A stretch of DNA of 64,000 bases from a virus (Duplodnaviria > Caudoviricetes), in IMG/VR virus record IMGVR_UViG_3300032007_000023, positions 101,420 through 165,419 of that record; one strand, given 5' to 3'. The notes beneath the pieces were generated by a model that was not told the origin of the DNA, did no database searches, and worked only from the letters and a program-made list of their open reading frames with translations. Position 1 is the stretch's first letter. The number at the start of each line of letters is the position of its first letter. A program made the translations under genes and the position numbers. Shown in pieces: positions 40,465 through 49,132 of this stretch.

Positions 40465-42002
40465 ATGTCCGAGCGTTTTATAGTAACAACTAAAGCTACA
40501 TCAATAACTGTTTATCCAGGTGAAGAAGCAATGTGTATGTTACAACCATTGCTTGATATGTTAACGTATGAAGATGAGTTTGTTGAAGAAGAAAAGACAT
40601 TGGGTTTCTTATATGATTCTGATACAGATACACTATATCTTCACAGGGGTGTTGATCTTAATTACCTTAAACGATTATTGATGAATGTTGAGTTTATGAA
40701 TGAACCATATCATGATTATAAGAATATGAAGTTTGAATATGAAGAGATTATTGCTCCAAGAGACAATGATCAAATCGATGTTATAGATTTCATTTCTGGT
40801 ATGAATCATCATTCAAATAACCTAAATGAGTCACAGTTGTTTTTGGTTAAAAAGCCTGGATTTGGTTAGGTAAAACATATTGCTCTGGTGTTGGATTATG
40901 TAAATATGGTGTAAAGACATTGATAATCATGCACCGAGATTCGTTGAGAAAACAATGGTTGAATTCATTGTATAATATGTCTGGACTCTCATCAAAGTAT
41001 GTACATGAAATTGCGACCTCGGAAGAGTTATGTAGAATTGCAAAGAACGAACATAACTTTGATTATGATGTCTATCTAATGACACATGCTACATTCCGTG
41101 CTGGAATAAAAAGAATACCTAAGATGGAATATGCAATGCGTATAACAAAGAACCTTGGTATTGGTATGAAGATTATTGATGAAGCACATCTTGAATTCAG
41201 AGATACAATACTGATGGATATGGTTTTCAATGTTAAACGTAATCTTTATCTGACAGCAACAGATGGTAGATCATCAAAAGATGAGAATGCTATATTCCGT
41301 CATGTATTCTCTAATGCTTTATTCTATAAACCATCATCTTTCTTAACAGACAATCTACCGAAGAAATGGGTTGAATATATAGCCGTATCTGTAAACTCAC
41401 ACTGCAATCCAAATATCTATAGATATCGAGTTGCTGGTGGTAGAGGAATGAACAATGCTTCTTATGGTAGATGGGTTATCGCATATGACAAAAAGAAAAC
41501 ACATCTCAATTGCTGTAAGGATATTCTTAAAGTCATATATGATAAAGATCCACATGCAAAGATATTACTGTTTATGCCATTGATTGATTTATGTGAAGAA
41601 TGTTCATATTTCTTAAAAAGAGAACTTGGTAAAGATCCTTCATTTGATTATGATCTTGACATAAGAACAATCAATTCAAAGAATTCCAAACGTGATAATG
41701 AATACGCTAAGAAAGCAGATGTAATAGTAACAACAATTGCATCATGTGGTACTGGTACTGATATACCTGGTATTACTGGAATCATATCATGTTCACCATA
41801 CGTAAGCGGTATTACTGCAGAACAGGTGTTTGGTCGTATCCGATACTGTGGAAAGGTATGTCAATACTATGACATATATGATGTATCAGTTCAACTTGAT
41901 GTGTTCTGGTGGAAGAGCAGAAGTAAAAAATTAAAGCATCTTGCTTTGAATACTTCTCATCTTTCATGGGAACCCGAAGTGATCGATAATGATCAAAAAT
42001 AA
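40465..42002 (+). CDS. SF2 DNA helicase (UvsW-like), reading frame interrupted by 5 nt inside Walker A (recoded gene or pseudogene)
   Basis: ORF1 ends PRDNDQ...LVKKPGFG*(TAG at 40867). A second frame continues GKTYC...TLIIMHR...IIDEAH...LTAT...GTDIPG...QVFGRIR. The joined product is 510 aa with an intact PGFGKT. Confidence 0.85.
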
Positions 42003-42016
42003 AAAAAAGAATTTTC

Positions 42017-42036
42017 ACGGGGGCAACAGCCCCCGT
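42017..42036. terminator. Bidirectional hairpin terminator
   Basis: ACGGGGGC-AACA-GCCCCCGT between convergent genes. Confidence 0.8.
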
Positions 42037-42072
42037 TACATAATTCTTTTATTATTGCTATTCTTTTATCGG

Positions 42073-42459
42073 TTATTCTTCTTCATCGACCCATGTTGTT
42101 ATAGGACCGAAAGGAGTTCTTACGATCTTCTTTTTTCTGCGAGGGCGAGGACGGGGATTATTACCTACGAGCTTTTTCGCCATTGTTTCGAAATCGTCAT
42201 CGGGTTTAAACCCGAAGATGCTTTCGAATATTTCGTCAGTATCAATACCTGCAAATGTTCTATTCGTTGTATTATTGGTTTCTGCGTCACATACATTGGA
42301 TATCTTTTCGATGATCTCTGCCGTTGTTTCAACGACATTGTATGTGCGTCCATTATTTGTGACAACGAGATAGTCGAGTATCTTAGCGATACTGGAAGTT
42401 TCAATGTTATAAACATTGGCATCAAGTCTTGATCTTAATTTAATAACGGTGTTTTTCAT
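42073..42459 (-). CDS. Early protein with FlbD/SwrD-like N-terminal domain
   Basis: Start moved to ATG 42459 (AAGGAGG RBS); VIKL...VVTNNGRTYNVVETTAEIIEKI resembles the FlbD pattern. Confidence 0.5.
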   Translation of the reverse strand: MKNTVIKLRSRLDANVYNIETSSIAKILDYLVVTNNGRTYNVVETTAEIIEKISNVCDAETNNTTNRTFAGIDTDEIFESIFGFKPDDDFETMAKKLVGNNPRPRPRRKKKIVRTPFGPITTWVDEEE

Positions 42460-42522
42460 AATATACCTCCTTATTGGTAAGAGAGTTGAAATAAACGTAT
42501 TTTTATTTCTTTTCTCATAGTA

Positions 42523-42533
42523 ATAATATATAT
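42523..42533 (-). promoter_or_regulatory. Putative early promoter (ATATATATTAT)
   Basis: Same motif and leader as at 34592. Confidence 0.6.
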
Positions 42534-42611
42534 TTAGAAAACCCAAATAATCCTTCTGACATCATAGGTCCAACAGGTAGCATAGATAATTTGTTCGTAT
42601 TTTTCGAACAT

Positions 42612-42634
42612 CTGATATACATATTATTTATATG
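42612..42634 (+). promoter_or_regulatory. Putative early promoter CTGATATACATATTATTTATATG
   Basis: Identical 23-mer at 51067..51089. Confidence 0.7.
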
Positions 42635-42683
42635 CGATGAGACAGAACAGCATTTCATCGTTAGAACAAAAAGGAGGTATATA

Positions 42684-43040
42684 ATGAAAGCACAAACATT
42701 CAAGCAATTCATAAATACTTATGGTGGTTTAACATGTTTATTGGTATCAACAGGAACTTTTTCAGTTACATTTGGTGCAGATATAATAAACCGCATATGG
42801 AATAAGAGTTTTGTAACATCTGCATTCCTTATCGGTTCATTGTATACTATTGCTATCATAGTATTAATGAAATCAATAAACAAGCACATGTATAAACTGT
42901 ATCAGAAAAAATTACATGAGGATGCGTTATTAATGACAGAGCAACTCAGAATGAATCACATGTGCAATCCTGATAAATTGAACGAGTTAATCAAAGAACT
43001 TCAGGAAGCAGAGATAATTAAAAAGAAGGAAGAGGTCTGA
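42684..43040 (+). CDS. Two-TM membrane protein
   Basis: Start moved to ATG 42684 (AAGGAGG RBS); two hydrophobic segments then a helical tail. Confidence 0.7.
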   Translation: MKAQTFKQFINTYGGLTCLLVSTGTFSVTFGADIINRIWNKSFVTSAFLIGSLYTIAIIVLMKSINKHMYKLYQKKLHEDALLMTEQLRMNHMCNPDKLNELIKELQEAEIIKKKEEV

Positions 43041-43061
43041 TGGGCGGCAATTGCCGCCCAT
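43040..43061. terminator. Bidirectional hairpin terminator
   Basis: ATGGGCGGC-AATT-GCCGCCCAT. Confidence 0.8.
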
Positions 43062-43065
43062 ATGT

Positions 43066-43509
43066 TTAACATTCTCCATTTGACTCTGCATGTTGATCAT
43101 CCGAAAAGCCGGGTGCAGGCTTACATTTCGGGAACTCAATGTCTGGCTTTAACTTTAATAATTCATTTTCTAACCAGGTTCTGTAGGCATTGTTATCTGT
43201 AACAATCCAACTTAGCAACTGGTTAAGTCTGTCATTGAGTGTGGTGATCTTGTCATTAAGTTCCCTATTCTGCTTTCTCAAATCATCTGATTCAGTCTTA
43301 TACGTTTCAGACAATTCTTTCAATTGAGTACGTATATACTCATTCATTTTCTGCTCGGTTTCAAGTCTACTTGCTTCTGCTTGCTGTTCAAGAAGCTTCG
43401 CTTCTGCTTTGTATTTTCGAATACTAAACAGTGAAACTATTGCAGATGCAATACCACCAGTGCCGAGCACAGCTGATAAGATCGTTATTGTGATTTGTGC
43501 GGTCGACAT
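43066..43509 (-). CDS. Membrane-anchored coiled-coil protein (possible lysis accessory)
   Basis: Start moved to ATG 43509 (AGGGAG RBS); N-terminal TM segment ILSAVLGTGGIASAIVSLF then coiled coil. Confidence 0.6.
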   Translation of the reverse strand: MSTAQITITILSAVLGTGGIASAIVSLFSIRKYKAEAKLLEQQAEASRLETEQKMNEYIRTQLKELSETYKTESDDLRKQNRELNDKITTLNDRLNQLLSWIVTDNNAYRTWLENELLKLKPDIEFPKCKPAPGFSDDQHAESNGEC

Positions 43510-43623
43510 TTTTATTAGCTCCCTTTCATATGTTTTCTTAGAAATCACTACGGTCTCGGAAACATAGTAATATTCTTTACATTCGAGTTTAAAAATAAAA
43601 ACCAATCAAGTCAACAATAAGAT

Positions 43624-43767
43624 ATGGTGAAAAATTGGCGTCAGCCATGTTGCGCACCAGATAATCCTATTTCTTTCAATTGTGTGTGTAAAACAACGAT
43701 CGTGACAAGAAAGGTCCAGATGGTCCAAGTGTCTTAGTAAATTTATAGCGAATGCTCTGCTAGGACA
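43624..43767 (+). ncRNA. Candidate structured 5' leader / ncRNA
   Basis: Three consecutive stem-loops starting at the predicted +1 of an AACA-N6-TA motif, upstream of the cell-wall hydrolase. Confidence 0.35.
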
Positions 43768-43810
43768 TGTAAACACAAGCAAACCCCAATCAATCGAAAG
43801 GAAGTTTTAT

Positions 43811-44839
43811 ATGAACAAATTAAAATTCAACGAGGAAAAAGAAAATAAAGGCGTCGTCCGTAAGAGAATATCGGATGCTATTAACAGACGTAAATTATCC
43901 ATCATTGGCATGATAACTGGAATTATGCTTGTAATGATGATATCTTTCACAACAACAGCACAGGTATTTGGACCTGCAGATGGTGTTGTCGTGAAATCCG
44001 AAGAACCGCGTGTAGGTATCATGATATTACCATCGAAAACAGCTGTTATGGCAGTCGGTATCTCTCTTTCTAAAATAACAACAACAGTTCCTGTGGAGAC
44101 AACAACTACTACAACGACGACAACCTCGTTGACAACTTCGACAACTGAGGAAACGACTGAGTCAACCACAACAACAAATCTTACAACAACATTGATGGAG
44201 TCCACCACAACAACCGCTACAGTGGAGACAACCGTTCAAGTTAATGTAGAAAATGATGTTATTGAGGTTGATACATATAATGACATACCTGAAGAAACTT
44301 CAGAGTATATAGTGTACAAGCCATCAACCCATTATGTACATAAGAATACTTGTAGATGGTTTAATAATGAATGTTATGAGATCAATTCTACTGAAGGTAT
44401 TGAATGCAAAAGATGTTCAGAATGCAATCCTGATATAGAAATAGTTACACCGTATGTAGAACCAGCACCACAAACACCTGTGGTAACAGCATCCGGTTCT
44501 GCTTTAGACTATGTCACAGAGTTAGAGTACATTTATCTCTGTAACACAGTTGGACATGAATATGGTTCTGATATTGTGTCAATATATGATAAAGCATGCG
44601 TAGTTGCAACCGTAATGAACAGAGTACGGGATGGAGGATGGACAAACGGTCTCCCGAGTACAATATACAATGTACTCACAGCTCCTTATCAGTTTAATCC
44701 TTCTTATGCAACCGGATATTATCATTCATGTGTAACTCAATCTTGTAAGGATGCAGTAAATTATTACTTTGCTCATCAGAATGAATTCCCTCATTATACA
44801 AGTTTCTGGGGAGATGGAAGGTACAATCATTTCTCATAA
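43811..44839 (+). CDS. Membrane-anchored/secreted SleB-like (Hydrolase_2) cell-wall hydrolase
   Basis: TM/signal segment, poly-Thr linker, H..C...CxxC small zinc domain, C-terminal VGHE...VVATVMNRV...PSTIYNVLTAPYQF. Confidence 0.8.
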   Translation: MNKLKFNEEKENKGVVRKRISDAINRRKLSIIGMITGIMLVMMISFTTTAQVFGPADGVVVKSEEPRVGIMILPSKTAVMAVGISLSKITTTVPVETTTTTTTTTSLTTSTTEETTESTTTTNLTTTLMESTTTTATVETTVQVNVENDVIEVDTYNDIPEETSEYIVYKPSTHYVHKNTCRWFNNECYEINSTEGIECKRCSECNPDIEIVTPYVEPAPQTPVVTASGSALDYVTELEYIYLCNTVGHEYGSDIVSIYDKACVVATVMNRVRDGGWTNGLPSTIYNVLTAPYQFNPSYATGYYHSCVTQSCKDAVNYYFAHQNEFPHYTSFWGDGRYNHFS

Positions 44840-44872
44840 ATTTATTAATTAACAGAGGAAGGTTATAGGATT

Positions 44873-45148
44873 ATGAAAAAAGGCAAACAGTTAAAAAAGG
44901 TAAATATTTCAACAAACGGCTATGTCATTGCATATGATAATGAAGACGTAGAAATTAAACTTTCGAGATCAGAACGAAACGTTTTAACAAGACTTCCTCA
45001 GAAAGGAAGAGGTTATACTTCTAAGATTCAGAAATATGTTGATGACATCATCAAGGCTTTTGGTGGAAACCCCGAAGTCTTATCATCCGAGTTCACCGTC
45101 TATAAAGATGGTGACATAAAATTTACATACACAAAAAATACTGATTAA
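44873..45148 (+). CDS. Hypothetical protein
   Basis: 91 aa with RBS, followed by a hairpin. Confidence 0.7.
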   Translation: MKKGKQLKKVNISTNGYVIAYDNEDVEIKLSRSERNVLTRLPQKGRGYTSKIQKYVDDIIKAFGGNPEVLSSEFTVYKDGDIKFTYTKNTD

Positions 45149-45156
45149 CGGATAAA

Positions 45157-45179
45157 GGTTGGGGCATTACGCCCCAACC
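45157..45179. terminator. Bidirectional hairpin terminator
   Basis: GGTTGGGGC-ATTAC-GCCCCAACC. Confidence 0.8.
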
Positions 45180-45192
45180 ATATCTGTTATTT

Positions 45193-45630
45193 TTATTCCG
45201 TTTCTTTTTTCTCTTCTTCAACAGGTTCCTCGGTTGCTGTTGCATTGAGTAATACTGTTGATACACCGTATGGATTATTCGCATCTTTTTCAGTTACTTC
45301 TGTCTGGTCTTTTATAAATTGAGAAAGATCAAATGGATTTAACTGTACCTCAGGAGTATCTTTTTTGTTGAGTTGCTTTGTTATTTGATTTACACCTGTA
45401 GCAGCAGAGCCTGCGGATAAACCAATGAATATAGCTTCAACAAGGTTATTGCCCATATCAACACCAGGTGTATAGAAACCTATGATACCAAGGCCTATAC
45501 CAAATATTACAGAAAGCAATGGTAAGAATTTCTTAACATCTTTCTTGAATACCTGTTGTGATATAGTCTTAACAGTTTCGTCGAGGATTGTTACGAATGA
45601 TGAGATTGTGATAATTGAGAATTCCAACAT
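45193..45630 (-). CDS. Putative holin
   Basis: Start moved to ATG 45630; three hydrophobic segments with KFLPLLSVIFGIGLG and GLSAGSAATGVNQITKQL, typical of Bacillota phage holins. Confidence 0.75.
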   Translation of the reverse strand: MLEFSIITISSFVTILDETVKTISQQVFKKDVKKFLPLLSVIFGIGLGIIGFYTPGVDMGNNLVEAIFIGLSAGSAATGVNQITKQLNKKDTPEVQLNPFDLSQFIKDQTEVTEKDANNPYGVSTVLLNATATEEPVEEEKKETE

Positions 45631-45715
45631 AATAATTTCCTTCTTTCGTATACATATAATTTTATCGATGAACGGGTACAACTGTTCATTACAATTCTGT
45701 GTAAGGAGGTACACC

Positions 45716-45865
45716 ATGAAACATGAAAAGGATTCCCCCATAGATAGAGATGGTGAAATGACAACAACCATCATAGAAGAACCTATCTATGATCCTGATG
45801 ACAAACCTTCATCACACCCATTTCCTATACCGGAAATAAAAAGTGGAGGTGTTGGTAAGTTATGA
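45716..45865 (+). CDS. Small hypothetical protein (49 aa)
   Basis: AAGGAGG RBS then MKHEKDSP...; 3' part of track ORF 45482..45865. Confidence 0.55.
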   Translation: MKHEKDSPIDRDGEMTTTIIEEPIYDPDDKPSSHPFPIPEIKSGGVGKL

Positions 45866-45987
45866 AAGAAACTAAAAAGAAGAATACACCACAAGTAGAA
45901 GAGTCACCAAGACTCGAAGATGTTCTTAAACGAGTATCTGATGCTCGTAAGAAAAATAACAATTCTAAATCGAAAAGGAGAAAGTAA
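45862..45987 (+). CDS. Small basic protein (41 aa)
   Basis: ATGA overlap; MKETKKKNTPQVEESPRLEDVLKRVSDARKKNNNSKSKRRK; stop 2 nt before the next ATG. Confidence 0.5.
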   Translation: MKETKKKNTPQVEESPRLEDVLKRVSDARKKNNNSKSKRRK

Positions 45988-45989
45988 GA

Positions 45990-46754
45990 ATGGATCACAA
46001 AGATTTACTCAATTCAGTCATTGCAAACATGACAAACTCACAGGAAACAACAACGGAAGTACCTACAGACGACTTCGATAACTCGGGCTACATCCAGTTG
46101 TCACTCTGTACTGGTGAAACTTTCCTGGTAGATCCCAATAATCTTGATTGGGATAATGCTATTTCACAGATAGCTCATCTTCAGGATAATATGGTTGCTC
46201 TGCGCAATATTCAGTACAATCTTTTGCAGACAGCCGGTAATGATGATGAAGATACACAGAAGTTTGTTCAGAGCATGATCGCTCAGCTTACAGATATCTT
46301 GAAAGGCTTCCAGATTTCTGTTGATTACAGAGCTCATAATCCTAATCTGACAGATCATGATATAGCAATGCTTATGGTATTTGATGTTAACAATGTAACA
46401 GCTACAATGTTCCATCATCTGTCAATCTATTCAGCATTGTCAATGCTTGCACCAACACATGAAATCTCTTCTGATATACTGGGTGAAAGTGAACCGTCTG
46501 AACTTAAAACATATCGTGTTATAGGTATTATAGATAATGATACAACACAGATAGTGAGCTGTGAAGAGACAGACGACTATAAACCGGACACAGTCGGAAT
46601 TGTTGAACGTATCGAAGATAATAGGTATTCGTATATCGCATGTGCTTACGATGCTGCTTCGGCAAAGCGCCAGGCTGAGAGTGCTTTTGGTATCAAAAGA
46701 GCATTCACAGTACCTATAGATGATCATGATGTATCAGGATTAGTTTCTGAATAA
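45990..46754 (+). CDS. Hypothetical protein
   Basis: 254 aa, AAGGAG RBS. Confidence 0.75.
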   Translation: MDHKDLLNSVIANMTNSQETTTEVPTDDFDNSGYIQLSLCTGETFLVDPNNLDWDNAISQIAHLQDNMVALRNIQYNLLQTAGNDDEDTQKFVQSMIAQLTDILKGFQISVDYRAHNPNLTDHDIAMLMVFDVNNVTATMFHHLSIYSALSMLAPTHEISSDILGESEPSELKTYRVIGIIDNDTTQIVSCEETDDYKPDTVGIVERIEDNRYSYIACAYDAASAKRQAESAFGIKRAFTVPIDDHDVSGLVSE

Positions 46755-46766
46755 GGAGGAATTGAA

Positions 46767-47495
46767 ATGATAATCGAAAAACCATCAATTCAGTTTGTGC
46801 ATGAATTTGACGGTATCGCTGCTTTGGCTGAAATCGATACCGCAGCAAGAACATGTTACAAATCTGAAGGAAAGATTACCGTTGAGAATTTCGGTAATGT
46901 AGCTAAACATTGCATCGATAAAGGGCACACATCTGTTCTTGAACATGTTCAGCTTTCCTTTGTACTCAAGATGGATCAGGGTGTTCTCAGAGAACTTACC
47001 CGTCATCGTCATGCATCTTATTCTGTTGAATCAACTCGTTATTGTAAATACGATAAGGGTGTTAGATTCATAGAACCTATCGAGTTCGAAAAGGATTCAT
47101 ATAAGTATGCTGCATGGAAGGATGCATGTGCTGCTTCAGAAAAGGCATATACTGAAATGTTTAACGCTGGTTGTGAAGCTCAGGAAGCAAGAAGTGTATT
47201 GAATCTTTCTGTTGCATGTGAGATGCGTTTCTCTATCAATGTAAGATCACTTCGTAATCTTTTGGCACTCAGATGTGCAAAGGGTGCTCATACACACATC
47301 AAGGAAATCTTCATTCCTTTGCTTCTTATCCTTCAGGAGAAAACTCCTTATCTGTTTGATGATATTGAATATGATCATACTTTCTATGATAAGTATCTTT
47401 CTGATGATAGATGGAGAGAATATATTTCAAAAGAAACAACTGATGAAGGCTGGGAAACAGTCATCGAAGGAGCAAGACATAGATTCGCGAGGTGA
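46767..47495 (+). CDS. thyX: FAD-dependent thymidylate synthase
   Basis: AARTCYKS, GHTSVLEH, ELTRHRHASYSVESTRY signature, QEARSVL, NVRSLRNLLALRC. Confidence 0.95.
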   Translation: MIIEKPSIQFVHEFDGIAALAEIDTAARTCYKSEGKITVENFGNVAKHCIDKGHTSVLEHVQLSFVLKMDQGVLRELTRHRHASYSVESTRYCKYDKGVRFIEPIEFEKDSYKYAAWKDACAASEKAYTEMFNAGCEAQEARSVLNLSVACEMRFSINVRSLRNLLALRCAKGAHTHIKEIFIPLLLILQEKTPYLFDDIEYDHTFYDKYLSDDRWREYISKETTDEGWETVIEGARHRFAR

Positions 47496-47500
47496 TATAA

Positions 47501-47830
47501 ATGGAGCTCGGTAAATTAGATGAGCTTGTAGTTATCCTTGTAACGATGCATGGTATGTCTGTAGATGACATAGAATCAAAAGCAATTGGAATAAACATGT
47601 TTACCGAGACAGAATTTGTCACGATAACAATGCGTCAGGGAGTAACAATAATACTCCCTGATGTAAATGCTTCCAAGAACTATGTTTACTATGATACCAA
47701 TACATCAGAAGGAAAATATAAAATGGTCAAGGATCTCATGGATAATAACTTCTGTGAATATGATATAGCAAAATTCCTTGACACTACAGGAAAGAATATC
47801 AATAAGATATTAAAACAAGGAGGAAAATAA
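47501..47830 (+). CDS. Hypothetical protein, possible C-terminal HTH
   Basis: 109 aa; EYDIAKFLDTTGKNINKIL resembles an HTH. Confidence 0.6.
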   Translation: MELGKLDELVVILVTMHGMSVDDIESKAIGINMFTETEFVTITMRQGVTIILPDVNASKNYVYYDTNTSEGKYKMVKDLMDNNFCEYDIAKFLDTTGKNINKILKQGGK

Positions 47831-47831
47831 A

Positions 47832-49097
47832 ATGTCTAAGATTCTTCATCATAACGACGATGATGGACGTTGTGCTGCATATCTCACAAAGAGATATATC
47901 AACACCGTTCGTCCAATGGAGATTATTCAACCAACTGATTTCATTGAGTACAATTATAACGGTGATCTCACAAAGAAATATCCGGAATTGCACGAGAATG
48001 AAATTGTTTACATCGTTGACATCTCAATGTGTAAATCAGTACATGCATTCATTGATTACTGTATTGAACGTGGCGCAATAGTTGTTCATATAGATCATCA
48101 TGATTCAGGTATAAGATATTATGAAGAGCATAAGGAAGCTTTTGCAGCACATGAGGCAAATGAAAAATACATTCCGTTTATGAAAAACGGTATATCAGGA
48201 GCAATGCTCACATGGATCTATTCAGATATCTTCACTGATGAAAATAGAAAGAATCCAAATTCAGTAAAGTTTGAATTCGATGATGATGATCTCCGTAGAA
48301 GATGCTGTCTTGTTGATAATGAGGGATGCCCTATTGACAAGAAAGGTGAAAAAATAAACACAGAGAGACTCATCACTCTCGTACCGGATGCTCTCAGATT
48401 CATTGATGATAATGATATCTGGAAACATAAGATCGTTGAGACAAAAGCTTTCTGTGCTGGATTTAGTTTATCTGAAAGCAAGCATCCTTTGAACCATATA
48501 TGGGATTCATTGTTCGATGAAACAGATCCCAAGGAACAGGCAGCTTTCATGGAGAACATGATCAACAATGGAACCGTCATCCTCAAATACAGAGAACTTA
48601 CTGATGCTAGGAATCTTTCTAATGGATTCTATGCAAACGTAAATGGTGTTGATGTATGCTTCCTCAATGCTATTGCTGGTAATTCATCAATATTCCAGGA
48701 TATGTATGATAATAGCAAAGCTGTATGTAAGTTCAACTTTGATGGAACCAAATGGTGGTATACATTCTATTCAGATGAAGCAAACGGTGCTAACTGTAAT
48801 GCTCTTGTGCATTATCTTGCTAATACATACGGCAAGGAATGTGGTTCACTTTCATATGGTGGACACATTCATTCTGCAGGTTGTACATTCACCAAGAATT
48901 TCATTGATAAACTTGAAATCGATAAAGCAGCATTTATTGAGAAACGTAAGCAGATTCGTATCGATAAAGAAGTTGCTGCAGAGCAGGCAAGAATTGCAGC
49001 TGCTGAAGCTAAGCTTCGTGAAGATAACGAAAAGCTTGCACGCCTCAAAGCAAAGGTTGCTGCTCAGATTGAAGACGACGAAGATTACGGATTTTAA
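47832..49097 (+). CDS. DHH/DHHA1 family phosphoesterase
   Basis: HHNDDDG, VDIS, IDHH, SGAMLTW, DDNDIW and GGHIHSAG motifs. Confidence 0.85.
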   Translation: MSKILHHNDDDGRCAAYLTKRYINTVRPMEIIQPTDFIEYNYNGDLTKKYPELHENEIVYIVDISMCKSVHAFIDYCIERGAIVVHIDHHDSGIRYYEEHKEAFAAHEANEKYIPFMKNGISGAMLTWIYSDIFTDENRKNPNSVKFEFDDDDLRRRCCLVDNEGCPIDKKGEKINTERLITLVPDALRFIDDNDIWKHKIVETKAFCAGFSLSESKHPLNHIWDSLFDETDPKEQAAFMENMINNGTVILKYRELTDARNLSNGFYANVNGVDVCFLNAIAGNSSIFQDMYDNSKAVCKFNFDGTKWWYTFYSDEANGANCNALVHYLANTYGKECGSLSYGGHIHSAGCTFTKNFIDKLEIDKAAFIEKRKQIRIDKEVAAEQARIAAAEAKLREDNEKLARLKAKVAAQIEDDEDYGF

Positions 49098-49102
49098 TAA
49101 TA

Positions 49103-49127
49103 ATACGGGGGCATATTGCCCCCGTAT
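49103..49127. terminator. Bidirectional hairpin terminator
   Basis: ATACGGGGGC-ATATT-GCCCCCGTAT followed by a T-run. Confidence 0.8.
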
Positions 49128-49132
49128 ATTTT

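Noticed and set aside
40867-40869. Genome-wide TAG reassignment (alternative genetic code)
   Set aside because: All other genes are full length under code 11, and readthrough of this TAG would not restore the helicase frame because a 5-nt shift is needed.
40861-40875. Intron or intein at the helicase interruption
   Set aside because: Only 5 extra nt, too short for a self-splicing intron or intein. The GT..AG reading of GTTAG is taken as coincidence. An intron scar cannot be excluded.
40920-42002. Independent helicase gene starting at TTG 40920
   Set aside because: It would lack Walker A and has no convincing RBS; the open frame upstream encodes GKT.
41989-42432. 147-aa plus-strand ORF
   Set aside because: Runs through a terminator and is antisense to the RBS-supported gene 42073..42459.
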